64,000 nucleotides of DNA from an uncultured delta proteobacterium (GTDB taxonomy: Bacteria; Desulfobacterota; Binatia; UBA9968), in contig CAWJZV010000007.1 of the NCBI GenBank assembly GCA_963847445.1, positions 288,001 through 352,000 of the forward strand. The letters run 5' to 3'. This document shows positions 20,072-30,616 of this stretch, in pieces. Below the pieces are notes generated by a model. That model did no database searches. It saw nothing but the letters and a program-made list of their open reading frames with translations, and was not told the DNA's origin. Position numbers and translations under genes: made by a program. How positions within the stretch are numbered: position 1 is the first letter of the stretch; each line of letters starts with the position of its first letter.

Positions 20072-21593
20072 TTACCACTGTGTTGCTTTGTCAAGGACTG
20101 CTGATTCCGAGGAATTCCCTCGTGAGTTGACTATTTGTCGGATCAGCTCAGCGAGGATTTTTCGATATGCGCGCCGGTCTCTGTCGCGGTAAAAAACCCG
20201 ATGGGACGGCATTTCAAAGTGAAGACTACTCTTGGCTAGACTCAGTATCCCGTGATCTTTCGCGGCCCAGGCGCCAATGGCGACCTGGTCGACCGGTTCG
20301 ATCACGAGATTTACCTTCGCCGACACCAGGAAACTTGCGGAGCACTTGGCCACGGATCTGCGCATAAGCCGTCTTGATCGCCTGGGCCTCCGACCGGGTA
20401 ATCCCGACTGTCGCCACATCGATGTCGTCGAACTCGCCGTTCTGGTGCATATCGATATACAAATCCAGCGGTCCACGAGCCGCTTTAAAGACCGCAGCCG
20501 AATAGCGCTGGTAAACTTCTCCCGCACGTACGGTAATGCGCTCGATGGTATCCGTCGGATAGCGGCGCTCGCTCGGCCGATTGACATTGATACGCCACCC
20601 GCCGCACTCGGTGGGCGTAAAGCCTCGCGCGATCACCGCCGGGAGCGAAGTCCGATAACTGAGCTCTTCGACCAACTCGCCGGTGTACCAATCGAAACTG
20701 CCGTGAGGCGCCCCGATGACGATCCCGCGCCGATCGTTGCGCGCGGCGATCGAGTCGATACGGCCAAGCGGCATCTGCGTGACGTCGATTTCTTGGCGCG
20801 GTGGCCGGTCGCCTGTCGAAATTGATCTAGCCTCGTTTACCCAGGCGGCTAAAATATTCTGGTACACCGCCCGGACTGGGTCATCCGTGAGCACGCTCGG
20901 CAGCCGTAGGATCAAGCCTCGTCGTGCCAGCATCAAGACACCATGGTTCTTCACGCCGTCGCTGTTCCAGGAAATATCGTCCAACGGATTGAGCGCGATT
21001 TCCACGCGGGGCAGATCCCGCGTAGCGATCATTCGGTCGCGAATCTGCGCGTAGGTCGATTTCAAAACCTTGAGCTGTTCAAACGTAAGGCCTGCCGAAG
21101 CGACTTCGATGCGCTGAGCAGGGTTGGAACTATTAGCGGCGCGCACGCCGACGTAAAACTCAATCGGCCCATCGACGGTGGAACCCAGCAGCGCGCGAAA
21201 TTCCGCGTAAACACTGCCTCGACCCACACCATTCGCCGCCGACCAAGAGATTGGACTCCGTTGAACGAGAGGCTGTGAAACTGGAATCCCTTTAATCTCG
21301 AAGTCGTAAGCAGCCACTAGACCCGCGTCCATATGATCACGAATCGCGTCGGCGTATGCGATCGCGGTCGGTTCGGTGCCGGCCCGCGGCACGCCAATCA
21401 CAGCGCGTTTAAGGTGGGGAGGGGAATTGCGAAATTCGAAATAGCCCAGATCGCCGATTGTTTGTCTCTGGAGCGGCTGCAGGAGGCTACAGCCGCTCCA
21501 GAGTATTAGAGTCACCGCGACAACCAATCCCCGGGAGGCTCCGGAGATCGGCCAGTAGTACGTCACGGGCTCCCGGGTCATGATCAGACGCAT
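20072..21593 (-). CDS. Putative lipoprotein with two N-formylglutamate-amidohydrolase-like domains, frameshift near 20320
   Basis: Lipobox-like WSGC; second repeat has GAPHG, INVNRP, YIDMHQ; first repeat is degenerate. Confidence 0.6.
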
Positions 21594-21638
21594 GGAACGG
21601 CCACCCCGGCGGTTTTTCAGTCATGAGTTGCACAAATC

Positions 21639-23165
21639 CTAGAACGGGTAGCGCCAGTTCAAACACATCCACCCGTACCGCCGGCCATTGCGGCAGTACC
21701 GGCTCCAGTCATTGCTGCCGACACAGCCCCAAGATTATGCGCCGGTTGACCTACGCGCGTTGTCCAGGTTCGAGGCATCGTACCACAACACGCTTCCGCC
21801 AACGCTCATGCGCGGCGCAATGAAGTACCACAAATCCCACTCACGCAGCAGGATACGGTTGCGGTGGAAATCGCCGCTGTTGAGCGTTCCCGGCGCAGGG
21901 TATGCCGGTGCTGCCGTTACAACCCACCGACACATCCGTTCGCTCAAAGTGCGTGCCCACCAGGATCGATCCCGTCGTCGTCGCCGACCCGGTCAACCAA
22001 CCCTTCGGGCTCCACAGAAACAGATCGTGACCGATCAGGAAAACGCTACCTTTCTTCTGGCCTTTGCCAGCACCGCTACGTTGCCGTCGATGCCGGTGCC
22101 CCGATCCTCATGACTCTGCCAGACGCGCATTGCCCGCAACGTGTATGGGCCGATGTTCCACACCAGACCGGGACCATGCTGAACAGCTCAGACCGTCACC
22201 GACCGAGTTGGCGCCGGTGTCGAACAGCGTCTGCCTGCGTCGCCACGGCTGTTATCGCGAACTCGCATGCGGTTACAGCCGTTTGCCAGCGCCCGGTTAT
22301 CCGAGTTACAGAACCAGGCGCCGTACTCAAACAGCAACCCTCTTATCCATTTGTTCTTGACCTGCGACATAGGCTCAACGCTCACGTAGGCATGGAAGTC
22401 TTTTCGGTCGGTGTTGACCTGCACGCCGTCGCCGACCTTCGCCGTAGGCGTTCATGCCGACTTGCAACCGGCGGATGCGACCGGGAATGCCGATGCTGCT
22501 CGGAGAGCGATCGTCCTCCCAGGTGAGACGTCATACCGGAACTCGCGCTGCCGGTGTTAAAACCTTGGTTCGCGGTGAACAGGTCGTACTCGGCCTGGGC
22601 TCCGATGCCACCCGAACCCTGGCGCGACAGGCTGGCCGGACCTGAATTCGTCGTGTCCATGCCAAATCCTACGTCGGCAGCCAGGGGTTTAGATTTTCGG
22701 CATGAAAGTAAATCATGCCGCGCTGTAAGTCGGCATTGCCGCCAAAACCGTCAAGGTCGAGACGCCAGTCGATCTCCCACAGACAGTTGTTGACGCACAG
22801 ATAAAACTCCGGCCGGAAGCGCCGGCCTTCCAACTCGCCCTGGCTGCGCCCCTACTTGGTCGCGCCCGCTCTAGGAAATTGTAGCGCATATGCGCTTCAA
22901 ACGAATGGCGGAACGACCAGGACTTGTCCGCCGCTTCGATCAACATGCCATTGCCCGGACGATATGAAAATGACGGCATCGCTGCCGCCGCCGCGGTCGC
23001 CTCTTTCTTCAGCTCGATCTGCTGCTCTTTTAGCTGTGAAAGCTCCTGCTGAATAGCGTCGATTCGACTGTCCACCTCGGTCTCGCCAAACGATCCATCC
23101 GGTAAGGTAAACCCCACACCGATCATCCCCGCAAGCATAAACGCCGATGCCAATTTTCTCATCAT
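21639..23165 (-). CDS. Outer-membrane porin-like protein (OprO/OprP-like architecture), many frameshifts
   Basis: Signal peptide, coiled coil RIDAIQQELSQLKEQQIELKK, FSYRPGNGMLIEAADKSWSFR, beta-strand-rich pieces, end reconstructs as NWRYxF*. Confidence 0.65.
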
Positions 23166-23341
23166 ATACCTCCCAAAATTTGTTTCGCTGCTAATAGGCA
23201 CACCCTTGCTGTCGTCATTACCAAGTGAACACACACTCGCGGAGGACGCTTTGAGCCACACCAATGCATCGCGGCACGATCGAGACCTTGCCGCTTGCTC
23301 TACGCTTGAAAAATTAAGGTCAAAACGTCGTGAGGCTATGG

Positions 23342-23358
23342 AGCAACTGCCGTGCCCA
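23342..23358 (-). promoter_or_regulatory. Sigma54 promoter of the porin gene
   Basis: TGGGCACGGCAGTTGCT, near-consensus GGCACG-N4-TTGC. Confidence 0.75.
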
Positions 23359-23443
23359 AGGAGGGATGTCAGTAGAAAGCTAGCTCAAACAGCAACTTAG
23401 TAATCACTAACCATCACTGAGAATGCGATTAGAGTTACTCAGG

Positions 23444-23490
23444 TGTGAAGTAATTTTACAGGTTGAAAGTTTGTGTGCAGATAATTTACG
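23444..23490. promoter_or_regulatory. Tandem EBP upstream activator sites
   Basis: TGTGAA-GTAAT-TTTACA (23444) and TGTGCA-GATAA-TTTACG (23474), 30 bp apart. Confidence 0.55.
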
Positions 23491-23689
23491 AACGCCTAGT
23501 TTGCCAATGAGTCACTGTGAACAAACGTAACAATATTCCGCGCCGCTCACGCGTTGCAGATCATCAAAAGCACCGGATGAGCATGCTCGGAGCGCCGCTG
23601 GCCTTGGTGATAATGGCGGAAACCGCCGAGCGGCCGTCGTTCAGCTTGGCGTAGAATTTCTGCGGGTAATCTTGGTCCTATAAAGTGGT

Positions 23690-23995
23690 TTAGCGTGACC
23701 GGTCATCTTCGGTTGATTTGGCTCGTGTGTCATTCTTCTGGTTCTTATGAAGAATGGCGATAAAGATCAGGAGTAAAGAGAGAAATCTGACAAAATAAAA
23801 AAATGGCCGCCCCTCGTTTGGATCGCTCGTCAATGCCAGTGCTGCCCGATTGATTCCTTCGATGACAAAGGAGACGGCGAAAAAGAGAAAAAATCGGTCT
23901 CGTGTATCTCTCCAGAAGCGCAGGAAAAACAGTCCGGCCACCAACGACGCAGTTGAGATTGCACCCAGTAACATCAGATCCATATTTTGCCTCAA
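23690..23995 (-). CDS. DUF5985-family membrane protein
   Basis: AGLFFLRFWRDTRDRFFLFFAVSF...YFVRFLSLLLIFIAILHKN. Confidence 0.8.
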   Translation of the reverse strand: MRQNMDLMLLGAISTASLVAGLFFLRFWRDTRDRFFLFFAVSFVIEGINRAALALTSDPNEGRPFFYFVRFLSLLLIFIAILHKNQKNDTRAKSTEDDRSR

Positions 23996-24249
23996 TCAGC
24001 GTCCCAGATTAGCCCGTACAGCAGCACCATCATCGCGAGCAGCGCGCATATCAACCGCCAAGTAAAGAGATTGACTTCCGGGAGGAACAACTTATCAGCA
24101 ACCAACAATGCGTTGTTGAGTGTTAAACCGAAAAAACACAACCCGCCCCATAACAGGAGCTTATAGCGACTACGGTAATAACCTCGCAGCAGTAGCAACG
24201 AACAGAACAGAGCTGTCAAGGCACAGAGGGTATAAGAGAGAGCGGCCAT
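23992..24249 (-). CDS. DUF5985-family membrane protein
   Basis: YTLCALTALFCSLLLLRGY...LLLWGGLCFFGLTLNN...LLYGLIWD. Confidence 0.8.
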   Translation of the reverse strand: MAALSYTLCALTALFCSLLLLRGYYRSRYKLLLWGGLCFFGLTLNNALLVADKLFLPEVNLFTWRLICALLAMMVLLYGLIWDAD

Positions 24250-24251
24250 AG

Positions 24252-24644
24252 CTACTTATCCTTTCTCAGCCTGAACGCGTCTGCGAACTCTTGGATTCTC
24301 ACTCTCGGCTTCGAGTGAATCAGGTTACTGACCGGCACCAGATGTTTTTTGTAAACTTCCGCGACTCGATCGACGCTCTGCTGAAGTTCGAGGGACTTTG
24401 GCTGATATCGGTAGCTCGGATGTTCGCTTGAGCTAGTCGTTAAAAACCCTTCCGTGCAAAGATGATCCAGTATTTTGGCTGTCTGTTCTTCGGCGATGTA
24501 AAGTCTTTTCGCTAAACTCTCGCTGGACCACAATACTGCCGGATTGCTGCGCAGCAGGAGCACTGCCTCCATCTCTGCTACAGAGTCGATTTTTTCAAGT
24601 ATGAATTGCTCTATTTCCTCTGGGATTGCTTTGTCGCTCATCAA
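24252..24644 (-). CDS. Conserved hypothetical winged-helix-like protein associated with DUF5985 pairs
   Basis: FILEKIDSVAEMEAVLLL...LAKRLYI...IQEFADAFRLRKD. Confidence 0.7.
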   Translation of the reverse strand: MMSDKAIPEEIEQFILEKIDSVAEMEAVLLLRSNPAVLWSSESLAKRLYIAEEQTAKILDHLCTEGFLTTSSSEHPSYRYQPKSLELQQSVDRVAEVYKKHLVPVSNLIHSKPRVRIQEFADAFRLRKDK

Positions 24645-24791
24645 TTATCCTAAAGGCAATGCCCATTTCGGGAGTCGAAACTTTGAATTGTCCGCTCACG
24701 CAAGTTGCACAGTATAGAATTTGGCCGAAGGTTATCGAGAAATACTCCTGCGCTATAGAATGGCAAGGCTGATCGTGGATTGTGATGCATC

Positions 24792-25344
24792 TTACTTTAA
24801 TCCGGCATTGGACCTCAACAGTTCTCTGAACTGCTTGTGCAGCTTGGTTATTTTCGGCGGAATCATGTACTGGCAATAGCCCTGCGACGGATTGTTGGCG
24901 TAAAATTTCTGATGATAGTCCTCGGCCGGGTAGAATTCTGTGAGCGGCTCCAAGGTGGTCACGATAGAGTTCTTGAACGTCTTGGCCTCGTCCAGCTCTT
25001 TGATAAACGCCGCGGCTTCGGCTTTCTGCGCCTCGTCCGCGTAGAAAATCGCCGAGCGGTATTGTGTGCCGACATCGTTGCCCTGGCGGTTCAACGTCGT
25101 TGGATCATGGGTGGCGAAGAACACCGTCATCAAATCGCGAAAGGAAACCTCCGCCGGGTCGAATTCGATCTTGATCACCTCGGCATGGCCGGTGTTGCCC
25201 ATGCACACCTGCTCGTAGGTGGGGTTCTTATTCTTGCCGCCGGCGTAGCCGGAGACAACTGACATGAACCCCGCGCAGCTCGTCGAACACCGCTTCGGTG
25301 CACCAAAAACAGCCGCCGCCAAATACCGCTACTTGATTACTCAT
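24792..25344 (-). CDS. msrA: Peptide methionine sulfoxide reductase A, frameshift near 25270
   Basis: MSNQVAVFGGGCFWCTEA; SGYAGG, HDPTTLNRQGNDVGTQYRSAIF, FYPAEDYHQ. Confidence 0.93.
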
Positions 25345-26295
25345 TTTCCCCCCAGTTCTTGGTTGACCTCGCGCTGCAACGTGAAGTCGAATATTTTTGC
25401 CGGCGCGATCGGCGCCGTCAGACCGAGAATTTCCGCATCGCCTTTAAGATGTTCGGCAATCTCGGCATCGCCGGGAATTCCATTAGTCGTAAACGCCCCA
25501 CGCGACAGCCGGTAGGTTTCCAACGCCGTGTTGATATCCACGTTCAAGTACTTCGCCAATATTTCCGCGGTGCCCTTTTCATTCTGGTGAAAATAACGGT
25601 TGCCCTTGGCCCGCGCCCGGAGAATCTTCTTTCACCAACGGATCGCGCACGTTTTTATCCAGCACCGCCAGGCCGTTTTGCAGACTGGTGAATTCATCAA
25701 TGGCACTGGCCAAGATATTCATCTTATATTTATCGCGGGCGACGATGACAATCGGCGGCGAGAGAATGCCGACCTGAATCGAGCCGTTGACCAGCCCTTG
25801 CAACTGCGTCGGCACGTCGCCGCCCAACACCACAGTGACATCCTTGTCCGGATTGAGCCCGGCGCGCCGGAGCATGCGAATGCCCGCGGTGTGCTGGCTG
25901 CCGCCCAGGGTGGTTGTCCCCATCACCTTGCCCTTGAGGTCGGCGAAGGTCTTCAATTCCGGCCGGCTGACCAGCCAAAATACCGGCCGGCGCAAACTGA
26001 TCGCCAACACTTTCACCGGCGCACCGCGCGGAATCGCCCGGATCACGCTGCCGACCGAACCGAGCGCATGGACCTCGCCGGAAACCAGAGCGGCGATCGC
26101 CGCGGTGGCGCGCACTTGCACCAGCTGCGGATCGAGCCCTTCTTCGCGAAAGAAGCCGCGCTCCTGGGCAACAAACAAATCGATCGACGCAATGCTGCGG
26201 CTCGAATAGGTCACCACCACCTTTTGCGGCGGTGTCTGTGCCCCGATAAGGCCCGGCGACAACAAAGCTATGAGCACAATCAATGGAACCGGCAA
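25341..26295 (-). CDS. NMT1/SsuA-family substrate-binding protein, frameshift near 25625
   Basis: LFVAQERGFFREEGLD, FADLKGKVMG; C-terminus in ORF 25341-25559. Confidence 0.8.
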
Positions 26296-26508
26296 ATTTC
26301 ACCATGCGGCGATATTCGCTTGCGGCTCGCCGAAGTTCAAGCCTGTTAGGGATTAGCCAGCGCTTCTGTGGCAAAAGTTGTGTATACCGCGATTCGAGCT
26401 GTCAAAGCGATCCCGGTCGATCGCCCGGCGGAACACCGCGAATTCTTGACTTCGCCCTATGAACATGATTTTTCTCTAGGTTCCGAAAGAAGTCTGGGAG
26501 GGACCCGT

Positions 26509-27982
26509 ATGGCAAAAATGCTGATAGCCGGTGAGTTGGTGGATTCGGAAAGCAACGAAACCACCACGATCAAAAACCCGGCGACTGGTGAAGTCGTCGA
26601 TAACGTTCCCAAAGGAACCATTAAAGATATCCGGCGTGCCATCGACGCCGCCAAAGGCGCGTTGAAGAAATGGTCGACCATGGCGCCGTCCAAACGCGGT
26701 GCGATTTTGCTCGCCGCCGGTCACACGATTCTTCAACGGGAAAAAGAGCTCGCCACCTTGTTGACCAAAGAACAAGGCAAGCCGATGCGCGAGTCGATCC
26801 TGGAAATCCGCCGCTTCGTCCACACCCTCGATCATTACGGCGGCATGGCGAAAACCATGCGCACCAGCGCGGTCATGCTCGACACCGGCCGCCATGGCTT
26901 GGTCATGCGCAAACCCCTGGGCGTTTGCGGGTCGATTGTCCCGTGGAATTTTCCCAGTTTCGTTAATGGGCAACAAGCTCGGTCCAGCGCTGCTCGCCGG
27001 CAACTGCGTCGTCGTCAAACCAGCCGGCACCACGCCGCTCACCGATCTGGCCACCTGCGAGATCATCGACAAAGCGATCCAAGACGCCGGCGGTCCCAAA
27101 GGGGTTTTGAACTGCGTCACCGGTCCCGGCAGCGTGGTCGGCGAGGAATTACTTGTTAACCCAACGGTTAGAAAGATCGGCTTCACCGGCGCCACCGACA
27201 CCGGGCGCCGGGTCATGCAGTCGGCCGCGGCCGACTTCAAGCATGTAACACTGGAATTGGGCGGCAGCGATCCGATGATCGTCTGCGACGACGCAGATAT
27301 CGATCGCGCCGTCAGCGCAGCTTCGGTGGGCCGTTTCTTCAACTGCGGCCAGGCTTGCCTGGCGGTCAAGCGGCTTTACCTGTTCGACAGCATCGCCGAC
27401 GATTTCATCGCCAAGCTCGCCGAGAAAGCGAAAAAGATCAGCATCGGCAACGGGCTCAAGGCCGGCATTTTAATGGGCCCGCTGCACACCAAAGAACAAA
27501 GACAAGAAGTCGAAGAGCAGGTCGAAGACTCGGTCAAGCGCGGTGGCAAACTGGTCTTCGGCGGCAAACGTCCCACCGGCGACGAGTTCGACAAAGGTTT
27601 TTACTTGCAGCCGACCATCGTCGCCGACGTCGATCCGGCTTCGCGCATGATCCAAGAAGAAGTCTTCGGTCCGGCGCTGCCGATCGTCCGGGTAAAAACT
27701 CTTGATCAAGCCATCGAGCACGCCAACAGCTCGATCTTCGGTCTCGGTTCGTCGATCTGGACGCGCGATATCAATCGCGCCATGTACGGCGCGGAGAACA
27801 TCGAAGCCGGCTACACCTGGGTCAACTCGGCGCAGATCATCTATGACGAACTGCCTTTCGGCGGCGTCAAGCAGAGCGGTCTGGGCAAAGAGCATGGCGA
27901 CGAAGCGATCGAGTACTACACCGATTCGAAATCAGTCGTCATCGCCACCGATGTCGGCGGCGAGATTATCGGCGGCGAATAG
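26509..27982 (+). CDS. Aldehyde dehydrogenase, frameshift near 26955
   Basis: IVPWNFP, VVKP, FTGAT, LELGG, FFNCGQAC, EEVFGP, PFGGVKQSGLG. Confidence 0.92.
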
Positions 27983-27994
27983 ACCCTGAGGACC

Positions 27995-28053
27995 ATTCCA
28001 GATTACATATTCCAGATTCCAAATTTGGAATATGAAATTTGGCAATCTGGAAT
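27995..28053. repeat. Inverted array of heptamer repeats (hairpin)
   Basis: ATTCCAG ATTACAT ATTCCAG ATTCCAA at TTGGAAT ATGAAAT TTGGCAAT CTGGAAT. Confidence 0.7.
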
Positions 28054-28061
28054 TGCGCACC

Positions 28062-29608
28062 ATGAATGTAGACTTACCTGATATCTACAACGCCGCCACG
28101 ACCTTCGTCGATGAAAACATCACGCAAGGCCGTGGCGGCAAAGTCGCGATTTACTACCAAGATCGAAAGATCACCTACCAAGAAGTTTTCGAAAACGTTA
28201 ACCGTACCGGCAACGCGCTAAGCGAACTCGGCATTGAGATCGAGAATCGCGTGCTGGTGATTTTGCCGGACTCGCCCGAGTTCGCCTACAGTTTCTTCGG
28301 CGCCATCAAGATCGGCGCCGTCGCGGTGCCGACCAATCCTTGGATGTTCGCCAAGGATTACGAATATTTGATCAACGACAGCCGCGCCCGCGCCATTATC
28401 GTTCATGAATCGACCTTGCCCGAGATCGAAAAGATCTGGGACAACACGCCTTTCTTGAAACACATCATCGTCGTCGGCACGGCCAAGGGCAAAGCGCTGT
28501 CCTACCAAACTTTAGTCGCCAAAGCCTCGGATAAACTCGAAGCCGGCGAAAACGATCGAAAGACGATGTCTGCTTCTGGGGCTACACCTCGGGCAGCACC
28601 GGCAACCCCAAGGGCGCCGTGCATTTGCAGCATGACATGATCACGATCAGCGATCTGTTCGTCGCGCCGGTGCTGCAGATGAAAGAAACTGATCTGTGCT
28701 TCTCGGCGTCGAAAATGTTCTTCTCCTACGGCCTGGGCAACTCGCTGTATTTCCCCTTCCGCTTCGGCGCCTCCACCGTGCTCTGGCCGGACAAACCGGA
28801 GCCGGAAAAGATTCTCCAAGTCATCGACAAGTACAAACCGACTTTCTTTTTCTCGGTGCCGACCTTGTTCGCGCGCTTCCTGCGCATCGATAAGAAATAC
28901 GATTTCAGTTCTTTGCGCACTTGCCTGTCTTCCGGCGAGCCGCTGCCGCCGGCGCTGTTTCACCAATGGAAAGAACGCACCGGGTTGGAATTACTCGACG
29001 TCGTCGGCTCCACCGAAGCGACCCATGATTTCCTAGCCAATCGGCCCGGGCGAGCAAAAGCCGGCAGCAGCGGCGAGGTGACCCCAGCCTTCGAGGCCAA
29101 AGTCGTCGACGACGAAGGGCGCGAGATGCCCATTGGCGAGGTCGGCAACCTGATGGTCAAAGGCGACGCCACCGCACCGTTCTACTGGAACAAGCATGAG
29201 CAGACCAAACGAATGATGCAGGGCGAATGGCTCAAGACCGGCGACACCTACTACCGCGACGCCGAAGGCTACTACTGGTACTGCGGCCGCTCCGACGACA
29301 TGATGAAAGTCGGCGGCCTGTGGGTGTCGCCGATTGAAATCGAAAATACGCTAATGGAACATCCGGCGGTGCTGGAATCCGGCGTGGTCGGCGACGAGGA
29401 TGCCGACGGTTTACTCAAGCCCAAAGCCTATATTCTGCTCAAGAGTGAGTATAAGGCCAGCGACGCCCTCAAAGTCGAATTACAGAATCACGTCAAGAGT
29501 AAACTCCAGCCCTACAAATATCCCCGTTGGGTTGAGTTCGTCGATGACCTGCCGAAAACCGTGACAGGTAAGATTCAAAGATTCCGCCTACGACCTAACA
29601 AAAACTGA
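28062..29608 (+). CDS. Benzoate-CoA ligase family protein, frameshift near 28555
   Basis: YNAATTFVD, CFWGYTSGSTGNPKG, FSASKMFFSYGLGNSLYFP, LDVVGSTE, GRSDDMMKVGG, LPKTVTGKIQR. Confidence 0.9.
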
Positions 29609-29666
29609 GAATAGATCTGCGATTCTCGCTTCCTCGATTCTCGACGATCTCTGCCAAGGAGTTAAA

Positions 29667-30377
29667 ATGGCCGCCAACATCAAAGAGCTCAAAGAAAATC
29701 TCGCTTACTCGTGCAACATCCTCGCCAACGAAGGCCACTGGGATAACATTCTTGGCCATGTGTCGGTCCGAGTGCCCGGGCAAAACAAGATTCTCATGAA
29801 GCCCCATAGCTTTGGCTTCGAAGAAATTCGCCCGCAGCATATCATTGTCGTCGATATCGAAACCGGCAAGAAGACCGATGGCAAGTACGAGCGCCATTCA
29901 GAAGTCTTTATTCACACCGAAATCATGAAGGCACGCAAGGATGTCAATTGCGTGGTCCATTCGCACCCGCCCTACGCGACGGCATTCGGCGCTCTCGGTC
30001 AAAAACTCCGGCCGATCAGCCACGAAGGTAATATTTTCTACGAAGGGCTGCCGACCTTTGACCACACCACCGCTTTAATCCGTACGCCGGAATTGGGCGT
30101 GGAAGTAGCGAAGAGTCTCGGCAACTGCCGCGGCCTGCTGATGAAGAACCACGGCTCGACAGTCGTCGGCCCGACAATTGAAGTGGCGACCCTCTACGCC
30201 GTCTTCCTGGAAAAAGCCGCGCGCATTCAACTCATGGCCACCGCTTCGGGCGACCCATCTTGGACCAGCGACGCCGAAGCGGCGGTCAAATACGAGCAGA
30301 TCTACACGCCGCACCGACTGGATTCCATGTGGGAATACTTCGTGCGCCGGGCCAAGAAGTTCCGCAAGTCGAGCTAG
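29667..30377 (+). CDS. Class II aldolase/adducin family protein
   Basis: GHVSVRVP, SEVFIHTEI, VVHSHPPY, LMKNHG. Confidence 0.88.
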   Translation: MAANIKELKENLAYSCNILANEGHWDNILGHVSVRVPGQNKILMKPHSFGFEEIRPQHIIVVDIETGKKTDGKYERHSEVFIHTEIMKARKDVNCVVHSHPPYATAFGALGQKLRPISHEGNIFYEGLPTFDHTTALIRTPELGVEVAKSLGNCRGLLMKNHGSTVVGPTIEVATLYAVFLEKAARIQLMATASGDPSWTSDAEAAVKYEQIYTPHRLDSMWEYFVRRAKKFRKSS

Positions 30378-30470
30378 ATGGATTTCCTAAAATTGAAGAT
30401 GAGATTTTTACTTCGTTGAAGCTGACAACAAGCGTCTTGTCACTCCGAGCGCCAGACTGTGTGAAAGCCC

Positions 30471-30555
30471 CCGTTCATGGTTCGAGGCTCACCACGAACG
30501 GTTATCAAACATTACAAATCGAGCATACTGTTCGCCCTGAGCCTCGTCGAGAGGC
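30471..30555. repeat. REP-like extragenic palindromic element
   Basis: CCGTTCATGGTTCGAGGCTCACCACGAACGG ... CTGTTCGCCCTGAGCCTCGTCGAGAGG between convergent genes. Confidence 0.55.
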
Positions 30556-30616
30556 TCCTAAAGAGTCTTCACACAGTCTGTCGCAGAGAAGGGTCTCGTC
30601 TGGTGCCACACGCCTC

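Noticed and set aside
25600-26349. 249-aa plus-strand ORF
   Set aside because: Antisense to the substrate-binding protein gene
26476-27369. 297-aa minus-strand ORF
   Set aside because: Antisense shadow of the aldehyde dehydrogenase
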